Of a DNA stretch of 64,000 nucleotides, positions 39,401 to 51,400 are shown in pieces. Under the pieces are notes generated by a model, which was given only the letters and a program-made list of their open reading frames with translations, did no database searches and was not told the DNA's origin. Made by a program: the position numbers and the translations under genes. This stretch comes from Eledone cirrhosa. Lineage: Eukaryota. How positions within the stretch are numbered: position 1 is the stretch's first letter; each line of letters begins with the position of its first letter. The stretch covers positions 283,898,001-283,962,000 of the forward strand of contig OZ024741.1 in the NCBI GenBank assembly GCA_964016885.1, given 5' to 3'.

Positions 39401-42400
39401 TATAAATAAAAAAGAAAATAATAAAGAAAACAATAATGAATGTCATTAAGGACAATTTCCTTAAGGCAACATTCCAACATCTTTCTAATAATTGTTTCTA
39501 CTTTAGGCACAAGGCCAGCAATTACCCAGTGCATTACTGGTACTTTATTTTATCGACCCCGTAAGGATGAAAGGCAAAGTCAACTTCAGCGGGATTTGAA
39601 CTCAGATCGTAAAGGGACGTAACTATGCTGGAAAGCATGGCGTCCGACCCTCTACCAATACTGCCAATCCACCAAATGTTTTAACATTTAATGTCCTATT
39701 AGCATTGCTGTAGCCTTCTAATTTTCTAATTTTTTTTTTTTTTAGTAAGTCCATGAAACATAAAATGTGTCACATGATTAATTCTGGTCCACAAATGTGA
39801 CTAAGTAATACAACAATAATTTTCATTATTATTATTCATTATTATTATAATGAAGGGCGGTGGATTGGCAGTATCGGTAGAGGGTCGGACGCCATGCTTT
39901 CCAGCATAGTTACGTCCCTTTACGATCTGAGTTCAAATCCTGCCAAGGTTGACTTTGCCTTTCATCCTTACAGGGTCGATGAAATAAAGTACCAGTAATG
40001 CACTGGGTAATTGCTGGCCTTGTGCCTAAAGTAGAAACAATTATTTGTACCTAGAATTGTGAAGCACTGAAAGTAATATTATTTTTCATCTTGTACAATG
40101 CTTACTGCAGAGTAAACAACAAAATTATACAAAATGCTAACTTCAATACCCTGTATTTATGCTAACAGAGCTACCAACAGAGAAAAGAAAACTACACAGC
40201 ATTACTCACATTGTTCATAAATTTCTGTTCTAGGTGTAATTCTGGATGATTTATCTGAAAATTAAATGATGATAATAATTGTTTTGTGATTTAGACACAA
40301 GTCTAACAATTCTGGGGAAGGGAAAAGTCTATTAAATTGACCCCAGTGTGTTACTGGGTACTTTATTTTATCAACCCCGTAAAGATAAAAGACAAAGTTA
40401 ACCTTGGCAGGATTTTTATTCAGATCATAAAGGGATATATCTATAAGTTGTAAAGCATATTGTCCGATGCTCTAACAATACTGCCAGGAAACCAGTTGCT
40501 GCCTCCTGTATTTTGCAAGTTGTTATTAGATTTTTGCAGCACTACACATCCACTACCAAAAGATGTGGCAGGACTTTAGATAGGTGTTAAAGACCATCCT
40601 ATGATCCAGCGCATTACTCGTCCTAAACAGCCTAGTGAGTGGCACTGAAAAGCCACATGCGCCTGTTTGCAACTGAGTAACTCGTGTCTGTCTTAATCAG
40701 CCAGACCAAATTGTGACTTTGTTGTCACATTGCACCTCCACCACTCAAGCCCATTTGACAGTTTTGGTCCTTTTGTGTCTTAGAGCAACCACCATATCTC
40801 TGACAATGCAGCCTTCATATTTAACTTTGTAGAATTTTTTAAGTGCCAATCTCAATGTGTGCATGTTAGCCATAATACTTTTCCTAAATCCTTTTTCTAG
40901 TGTCCTGACTAGCTCTCCCTCTTATCTAGTTTTCTCTATCACTATTACTTTACTAAGCCCTATCAATTTTACTCTAGTTGCTCAGTCCATAGTGAATCAT
41001 CATGTTCACAATAGTTTGTTGTTAAATTAGTTTTCTCAATTTTTTCATTTGATGAGATTTTATCCCAAAATATTAAGGGAGGAATGTTACATGAGAGTAT
41101 GCACAGTTCTGATCTCAGAACTAAATGCTCATAACAAGGTTTTTAGCCATAAATTCCTTGGCAGTTCCAGTTGTTGCTTATAGCTTCGGTGTTGAACTGG
41201 AATATGAGTGAAATTTTAAAAAAAAATCGACACCAAAATCTGTAAGTTACTGACTTGTAATAGGATGCACCACCCAGAATTCTTTCCTTCCTAGAATTCA
41301 AGGAGGCCGTGGTCTAATGCAATTTTAACTTACCTACTAGACCACAACTATTGGATTGGCCAAATACCTTGAAACAACAAATGACATTATGCTGAAACTT
41401 GTTGAAAAACATGAGAGAAGTAAGAAATTTCATTCTATTTTGAAGGAGAGCAAAAAATATGCTACTGATCTCATGCTTGATAGCCAGGTTGGCCAGACTA
41501 AGGAAACTGTTGCAACTGATGCTGCTTAGCATATAAAATTAAAGGCAAAAGCAAAAGGGCAAGAACAATTAGCATCAAAGTGGGAGCAGAAACCTCTACA
41601 TGGCAAATATGAGGCCCATAGCAAACAAGTTGATGTTGACCAGAAGCACACCCATCAGTGGCTACGTAGCTCACGGCTAAAAGCAGAGAGTGAAGGCTTC
41701 ATCTTAGCTGCCCAAGATCAAAGCTTACTAACATGGAATTACCAGGCCAATGTGATAAGAAACGGAATAAATCCAAAGTGCCAATTCTGCAATGTTGAGG
41801 TTGAAACAATGGATCACTTAGTCTCTGGATGTAAAGTTTAGCCCCAGTATAGTACAAATATGGACATGACAGAGTTGGCCAATATCTACACTGGGTAATA
41901 TGTCAGCTTTATAAAATCAAATCTGCTGACAAGTGGTACAATCATCACCATGAGGCTGTAACTGAAGGAGAAAAAGTAACAATTCTTTGGGACTTGTACA
42001 TAATGACCGGACGATAAAAGCTAATAGACCAGATATCATTGTAAAAGACCAACATAGCAAGGTCTGTTTACTGATTGATATGAGCATCCCATGTGATCAC
42101 AATATCGTGGCAAACGAGTTTGACAAGCCAAGAAAATATAAAGATCTGCTAATTAGAAATTGAAAAAATGTGGCACCTCAAGGCGGTTACAATACCAGTG
42201 ATTGTGGTAGCACGAGGAATGATCAAGAAAGTAACAGAACAGTATTTGAGGTTTACCTTCCCTGCAACAAGTGCAAAAAATTGTTTTGACTGGTACTGCA
42301 CACGTATTGAGAAGAGCACTATCTTTTTAAGAATGATATACCTCCATGCATGTGTGTGTGTGCATAGATATATTTTATTTATATGTATATATGTGTATGG

Positions 42401-45400
42401 GTATGTGTATGTATTTGTATCTGTGTGTGTGCATGCATGCGTCTCTGTGTGTATGAATGTGTGTGTATATATATATATATATACGGATATGTGTGTGCAT
42501 ATGTGTGTGTATGTGTATATGTGTGTGTATGTATGTGTATGTACATATATGTGTGTATGTATATATATATATTAAGCTGTAAATTATAATCAATGTGGTG
42601 TGTTAACTGGCTTACCAATGTATACAGTGAATATATTTGCCCTAGGTGTCAGGAAGACACTCGGCATATAACAGAAACAATACTGAAGGAAAAGGAAAAA
42701 CAATGACAATAATTGTCTCTACTTTAGGCCAGCAATTACCCAGTGCATTACTGGTACTTTATTTTATCGACCCCGTAAGGATGAAAGGCAAAGTCAACCT
42801 CGGCGGGATTTGAACTCAGATCGTAAAGGGACGTAACTATGCTGGAAAGCATGGCGTCCGAATGACAATAATAATAATAATAATAATTGTTTCTACTTTT
42901 GGCACAAGGCCAGCAATTACCCAGTGCATTACTGGTACTTTATTTTATTGATCCCATAAGGATGAAAGGCAAAGTTAACCTCAGCGGGATTTGAACTCAG
43001 ATCGTAAAGGGACATAACTATGCTGGAAAGCATGTCAGACCCTCTACCGATACTGCCAAATAATAATAATAATGATGATGATGATGATTTCTTTATTAAC
43101 TACAAAGAGCTGACATGAAAAAACATTGAGAACAGCATAGGACTGCACAAAATAATAAAATGGAATTCTTTCATGGAAAGAGTATAACAGAAACAACAAA
43201 CAAGTAAATATTCAAACAAAAAAAGATTCTCCAATAAGTAGGTGACCTTTGAGGGTCACTCATGATGAAAGCTCAAAAGAAGCCACAGACACCCTAACTG
43301 CTAGGACAAATGCCTTCTCCCAGCAGTCTTCCTCCAATCTACAAGCACATACTCAGAGTTCACTCAGACCATGATCGCTATTCATCCAACTTTCTACAAA
43401 CTGACTGGAAGGCAGCACTTACCTTTCCACCAAAGTGGAGTCCTCAGCCACTCTCAAATCATGTGAAACCATTTTGAGCTGATGAGGGTAGAGATGTGTG
43501 TGTGAACTTGTCTTCACATCTATGCACCAACACACTTCTCCTTGTTCTCTTCCTTTTTCAATCATTTCTATATTTCATCTACCTGTCACCCACCTTGTGC
43601 ATTATCTCTCTGTCAACCACTGGTCACTGTACTCTGAGGCATTGTTTCCCATTGCTGTCTTTGACAGCAATTGGCTGTTTTAACGGCTGTTCTAGCAATG
43701 AGTTTTCTCATTTTTATATGTATTTAAATACACTCTCACTTTGTCTCGATTAGAAGCAACAATGTTTTTCGTTTAACTTTATATATATACATATGGGGAG
43801 GGACATGTGTGTGTTTATGTACTGTAACAAGAAAATTGATAGAGTACAAAACTTGAAAAAAAAAAAGTACTTGGGTCAATCCAAATTCATGGCCTTCTCA
43901 CTCTTGTTGGGAACCCATTCCTGATTGACCTCTACCACTTCCTATCTCTGGCTATAACACTCTCTAGTTCTTTTCCATTGCCTTGGTGATCAGCATAGCC
44001 ACAGTCTAACTATTGAAAGCAGTAAATAAATCACAGCAATAGATAATATTTACTTACCAGGTACAAATATTTCTCCATACAGGCTTATTCTACATTGGCT
44101 GTCCCTACTTAAGATTTTAACCACGTTTCCCTTAATGGGTGAATGACATTCGACAGCCTTACCATCTGAGATAAATGAAGCACACTCCTGTATTATTGAG
44201 TTATAACCAATTTGAACATCTGTCGAAAAAAATAATATTGGATGATGTTGATGAAAACAGTGGTTGTTATTGTGAGTGTTGTGGTAGCAGAGAGACAGGA
44301 GGTGTTATTGTGAGTGTTGTGGTAGCAGAGAGACAGGAGGTGTTATTGTGAGGTAGTGGTAACAGAGAGAGAGAGGTTGTTATTGTGAGGTAGTGGTAAC
44401 AGAGAGAGACAGGAGGTGTTATTGTGAGATAGTGGTAACAGAGGGGGAGAGGGTGTTATTGTGAGGTAGTGGTAACAGATAGAGAGGGTGTTATTGTGAG
44501 GTAGTGGTGAGAAAGAGAGAGGGTGTTATTGTGAGGTAGTGGTGAGAGAGAGAGATAGTGTGTTATTGTGAGTGTAGTAGTAATAGAGAGAGAGTGTGTT
44601 ATTGTGAAGGTAATGGTAACAGAGAGAGAAGGAGGGGTGTTGTGAGGTAGGGATAATAGAGAGAGAGTGTGTGTTATTGTGAGGTAGTGGTAATAGAGAG
44701 AGAGATGTGATTGTGAGGTAGTGGTAATAGAGAGAGAGATCTTGTTATTGTGAGGTAACACAGAGAGAGGGGGTGTTATTATAAAGATAGTGGGGATAGA
44801 GAGTGTGTTATTGTGAGTTAATGACAACAGAATTAGAGAGAGATTGTTGTTGTTGTGATGTAGTGTTGTGAGGTAGTAGTAACAGAGAGAGAGAAAGAAA
44901 GTATGTTATTGTGAAGTAGTGGTGACAGAGAAGTTGTGGTTCCCCTATTTGTGAAACTAACATGTATGTGGCTGAGTATTGCACAACCATGTGTATCTTT
45001 CTCAGGCAGAATTACTGTGATACAGTGTTTAATACAGATATATCACTGAATTACAGGTACAGTCCATCTGACTGACTTCCAAACAATTTCCTTTTACCCA
45101 GTTTACTTATAGGTTTGGCTGAAGTTGAAGCTATTATAAATATGTGTTTAAGATACCACACTGGAATTGATCCTATGAACTTAGAATCGGGAAGCAAACT
45201 TCTTAACCTCTCAGCCATGCTTGGGTACACTAATCATCATCATCATCATCATCACCGTTTTACGTCCGTTCTTCCACGCTAGCATGGGTTAGACGGGTTG
45301 TCCTGTTGTGTGCAGTGTCTGGTCGGCTGACCATGCCTTGCTCATACAGGAACTGATCTGGCTTGATTTCTACAGCTGGATGCCCTTCCTAACACCAACC

Positions 45401-48400
45401 TCATTTACAGTGAGTGCTGGGTGCTTTTTCGTGGCGCCTACACGTCCACTTTACAGTGTGGGCTGGGTGCTTTTTTGCCGTGGCACCTCCACGACCACCT
45501 TGCGGTGGGGGGTGTGGGGGCATATTGTTTATATGCTTCAGCATGTACCCATGGGAGGTCGGGTACTCTGTATTACTGCGTCACGCCAGAAGTCACGGTC
45601 GTGTGTCATTGTCTTTGAGAGGTGTAATTGGGTAAGGTCGGCTTTTATCACCTCATCCCAGGTCATCTTGGGTCTCCCCACTCCGCGGTTTCCATCAACT
45701 TCTAGTGCTCTGCACCTTTTTATGCAGCTGTCATCCTTCATACGCATCACATGTCCATACCAGCGCAACCGCCTCTCCTGCACACAACATTTGATTCCTC
45801 TTATGCTCAGTCTCTCTCTCAATTCATTTAGGCTTTGTCGTTCACGTATATTACTAATAGTTATGACAATACTATTAGTTGTCATAGTAACTATGATGAT
45901 GCTAGTGGTTAGTTATACGAGTATGTATGACAATTCTAATAGATGTAATAGTCCCTGTAATGGTGCTAATATTTGTAATAATAGTTATGATGATGATAAT
46001 GGTTGTAATTGTAGTAGTGACAATACTAGTGGTTCAAATAGTAGTTATGAGGATCCTAGTGGCTGTAATAGTAGATACAATAAAATAATAATAATGAAAA
46101 TTATTGTGTACAGTGCTCAGGTGCACTACAACTCATCAAAGGTGCATATAATAGTACATAGAATAATTTACAAAAGTCAGGAAAGTAAACAGTGTATGAG
46201 TCATGATATACACACGTGTGCATGAGTATGGAGGGGGAATATCAGGTGTAGTGTTGGCGAATTTGGGGAAACATGGAAGTTTTAAAGAATGCAGTGTCCT
46301 GGCAGCTAACAACTGATGCAGTTAGTTTGTTCCAAGCTTCAGCAACTCTGAGCATGAAAAAATGTTTCTGAAAATCATGGAAGCTGTTCTGATTTTGTAA
46401 GCATGTCCACAGGTGTTAGACACATGGAATTCAAAAAGGTGCTCAGGGTCATTGTTGGAAAGATGGCTAATAATCTTGTAGGTGTCTACCAAGTCGGTTG
46501 CCAGATGTCAGAGCTCTAATGTATCCATGCCCAGGGAAGCAAAGCATTCAGAGTATAATTGCACATCTCTGAAAAGTTTCCAGGAGTTCAATATTCTAAG
46601 CAAGATAGGAGTTTCAGACTGATGGTGCAAATTCTAAGTGTGAATGCACCATAGTTATATACAGCTTTAAATAGATAGCTGGAGAGTGGCTGACAAAGGT
46701 CTTACTGGGTGATGCTAAGACACCCTCGGCCTTCTTGACAATTTTAGAGATGTGCTTTGTCCAACAAAAATCGCTGTTGACAATAATGCCCAGGTCACGT
46801 TCACAAAAAGACTTCTTGAGATTGGTGTTGTGGAGGGCATATGTGAACACTGGGTTTTTCCTCCCCAAATGCATGATGGTACACTTGTCCACAGCCAACT
46901 TGAGTTGCCAGTCCATAACCCATTGCTGTATTGTGTCCAGGTTTGATTGCAGGAAAGATCTATACCATACAGGATCTGTCCTTTTTATCTCAAGGTACAG
47001 CTTGATGTTATCTGTATATTTCAGCACTGTGGCATTCTTTAAGTTGGCATCTATGTATGTCATTTATATATGCAACAAACAAAAGGGGACCAAGAACAGA
47101 TCCCTGTGGTACACTAGATGTAATCTCATAGGGTGAAGAATGCTAAGAGAATGTTAATGCTGGTAATGGTATTCATGGTGGTGCTAGTGGTTGAAACAGT
47201 AGTTTATAAGACTAGTAGTGTTTGTATTTGTAGTTATGACGATGCTAGTAGTTGTGATATCAATTATGACTAGTTGGTGTAATATTAATAGCTATGATTA
47301 TGCTGGCAGCTGTAATATTAGTTATGAGGATGGTAGTGGTTACAATAATAATTATGATGATGCTGGTGGATGTAACAGCAGCAAAGTTTGTGTTTTGGTA
47401 TTTTCTGTGACACAGCAGAATAAATAGTTCCAAAACAGATCCTGCAAGGCTTCACATCCTACACTTAATAATTCTGCCAATCTGTCATCTTGAACTGGTA
47501 ATTTATTTTATCAACCATGAAATGATGAAAGTCAAAGTTGACCTTGGAGAGATTTAAACTCAGAGCACAGAGAGCCAGAACAAATACCACAAGATCTTCT
47601 GTCTGATGTTATAATGACTCCACCAATTCATAGACATTTTTACATAGACATTTCATTACTATATTTCTTATGAAAGACACTGACTATGATGTTGAACTAA
47701 TTTTGAAACTAAACAAGTATTTGAATGGAATTGGTAATATAACTAACTTCCTCACTATTGAGCTTGTGTTTGGAACATAACTTAAAGGTTTATACATATA
47801 ATTATATAGTAAGGTTTTAGTTTAAGAAAACCAAATAAAATATAATTTTGCATCATAAAACCAGAGGCAGTTCTATGCAGTTTTCTTAAATGAATTTCAA
47901 GTAAATACGCCAAAACAAACAGTTATTTGATGAACTAAAGAAAAACTTACTAATGTTTTTCCCAAAACAATCAGCTGAAGGACGAACATAAACCACTTGG
48001 TAGAGGTCATCAAGTTCATACACTGAAAGAAAAGATAGACTGGTGATTTTTTTAGTGCTAACATAATTAATGTAGTAAATCAAGAAGTTTTAATTAATTA
48101 AAAATTAAATACCTCCATAGATAAACAATAGATAAACAATAATAATTATCTTAACAATAAATTTTGATCAAGAAAGGCAAGAGAGACAACTTCAGCAAAG
48201 TATGGTCTAACTTAGGCTGCTGGATGTTAAGATAAAGGAAAGAAACATATCCCTTCCTTGATTTAGTCAATGATATCAAACCTAGTACATATTTTTCAAG
48301 TCTGGTACCTATTTTATGAACCTCAAACAATATATATGAATATATTGTTTGAGGGTTTAAGGTCAAGGGTATTCAGATGTGGGTAGAGCAAAGCCTATTA

Positions 48401-51400
48401 TGTAATGGGGTTGTAGTTGCTGCAGGTAATAACAGATATTGTTTAATGTCTATTCGTATACAGAAACTGCGTAATTTGACAGTTGCAGCTTGCAAAAGTC
48501 CGTCTCTCCCATAATCATATTTAGACCGGGTTAACGGTTGGGAAATATGGTTGATATTTGAGGTAGGGATTATAGGGGTTGTCATAGTTCTAATATAGAC
48601 ATTTAGTTCATGATTGGCTTGTTTTTATGTACATATTATTTACAAGTTTGATATCTGATGATCTTGTTCACTAGATGTTTCGTTTATTGTTAGGCATGTT
48701 TTCTGAGTGTATTATATACGTATAGGGTATTCAATGATTGCTTACATTTGTTCTGGATGTGTCTGCATTTGGATTTGTGTGTATGACGGTTCAGAGGTTA
48801 CTGCTATTTAAATAAAAGTGGGGGGAGTGTATCCCACCTAAGGAAGGAGCCCTGTAAGGTGTAGTGGCTGATGCAGTGGGTGACACTGGCTGTTCTTTGT
48901 AAGAATGCCTTTAGTATTTTGTCTACAGGGGAGAAATACCACCTAGACAGAGGTGTAGAGTCTGTCAATCCTTTCTCCTTTTACTTTCTTTCACTGCTTA
49001 ATATTTTTCTTCTCTTTCTTTAATTTATACACATATATTATATAATTCAACTGAAATTTGATGAAAAAAGTTTTCCTTTATTAACGTTTACTGGCTGTGT
49101 GGTTATTTGAAGTTGTGGAATTGATCTGGAGATTTGGAATAATGACAATAAAACAGCTGGGAGAGGCCTGTGAGTACCTGACAACATTATATAAGCCATG
49201 CACTCAGTTAAACAAATGAGCTGTGGAAAGACATGCCTGACAACCTGCAACCACACCTGTTCGCTGTTTAAGAATATCTGCAAATGCTATTGCCTCTGTG
49301 TATGTATAGGCATTGACCAAAGCATACCGATCCCTCTGCATCATGGTGTTGGCAGCAGATGGACTCTCTGACCTTCACAATGCTGGTGCTAAAATTTCCC
49401 ACATCTGTTTCTATGTTCTTATTTTGTGCTTTGAGGGACATACATTTTTCATTTGACCACTGTCTCAAGTGTTGATGCTAGCCTCACTGCTGTTACTGCT
49501 GGTACCATTGCTGCTGCCAGAGTTGGTGTCACTGTTGTTGTTGTTATTGCTGAGGCCCTGTTATTCCCTGTTTTCTTAAGTGGTTAGTTTCACTGCACAA
49601 AAGACAGTGATATTTTTTGCCCTCAGTCACAATATCTAACTCAACTCTACCTATCAGTTGAATATGGTCCAGATCTCGTCCAGTTTTTCTGCTTTGATAT
49701 GGGGAAGCACCTCCAAACTGATCCAGAACCAGTTTCTCTCTGGGTTCTTTTTACTTCAAAGAGGATGTTGTTACTCTCCAGGATCATGCAGGCCAGCATC
49801 CACAAGATATCTAAATATGGTGGGATTTCAGAAATACGAACCTTTGTCATTCTTCTTCCCAAATGGGAAGAAAATAGAATATATTGGTTAGTTTTATGAA
49901 GGACAACAGAGTGTTTGACCATGAGATGAGTCATGGAAGAATTTAACAGAATTTTTGAAGGGGTCATTTAGTGGTCTTGACGTCATTTAGAGGAGGTTAG
50001 GAGCAGTTAATGGAGTTTTAAGGGAATTTAATGGAGTTTTAAGGGCTTTAAATAGAGTTTGGGGGAATGTAAAAGAGTCTTGGGTGCAAATAAGGGAGAA
50101 CTTAACAAAGTCCACTGTTACATGATTTCAGACTGGGTCTGTAGTTTTAGAACACCTTCTTACCATCTGTCTCAAAGGCCCTGTGCAGATTCATGGTGCT
50201 ATATTTCCTCCTCTTAAAGTTGAAATCTTTCTTGAGCCTAGAAGCTGATCAAACTGGAGCTTCTTCTAGTTACATTAATATCAAGTGACTGAGAATACAA
50301 GACTCCACCCACCTGGATGGGACACCAGTCCCTTATAGCATAAGCATCCAGTTGCTGATTATACTCATTCTTTCAGTTGAATTTGAATGGAACATGAAAT
50401 GACATTTCTTGCTCAAGGACAAAATCGAACTTATGGTCATGAGGTTAACACTTAAACTACTAGTCTGCATAACCTTGCAATCATGAGTCCTACATTCTAA
50501 TCTGACTAAGCCATAAAAATATGATTGTTGAAACATGGTAAATATGCTTGCAACCCTTGAAAATAGAGAAATAGAAAACTTTACATACCATAGGTAGACA
50601 TATTCATAGATATATCTGCAATCCAAAATGTGTCCTTTGTCAAATTCATCAGAATATTGTGCATGCTATTTACTGAAGCCTTTTCTGGACATGTTGTCAT
50701 AACTGCTTCTGATAACAACAACAACAAAAAAAAAGAAAAAGCAGGGAGAGAAATCATTTGATATAGCAATAGAGAAGCTTGTCAATCATATTTACCCATT
50801 AGTTTCATTAAAATTGTGAAGGTGCAACAGAAATGTTTACACCATGAAATAAATGAAAAGTGCTATTCGTATTTAACTCTTTCATGATCATATTTCTGAT
50901 GAAAGGCACTGCCTATTATATTCACATAACATTCTAAATGATAGGCACAAATTGACATGAAAGGAATGTGCTTTGATTCTATACACATATTTTACGGCAA
51001 AACTATACCCTAAAAATAAAAACACAACACATAAATTCTGGCAAAAGAAGAACCCACACTGATTTAAAACTCGACCCCAACAAACTAACAAATTTAAGGA
51101 GACACATATTAAAAATAAAAAGAAATATATCAGACATGGAAATAGAGCAAAAATACACAAAGAAAATACAAAACAACTAACGAACATAAACATATTGAGA
51201 ATTTAAAACATGAAGATAAAACCAACATCTTTTACTTACAAGGCTACAGTTACCTCTATTTTGCTCCTATTAATTTCTTGGTAGATAGCGGTGGATTGGC
51301 AGTATTAATACAGGGTCGGACACCATGCTTTGCAGCATAGAGTTACAGCCCTTTATGATCTGAGTTCAAATCTTGCCGAGTTTAACTTTGCCTTTCATCC

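Noticed and set aside
45308-46225. 305-aa + strand ORF
   Set aside because: Chimera of antisense SINE/RTE sequence, low-complexity DNA and a CR1 tail.
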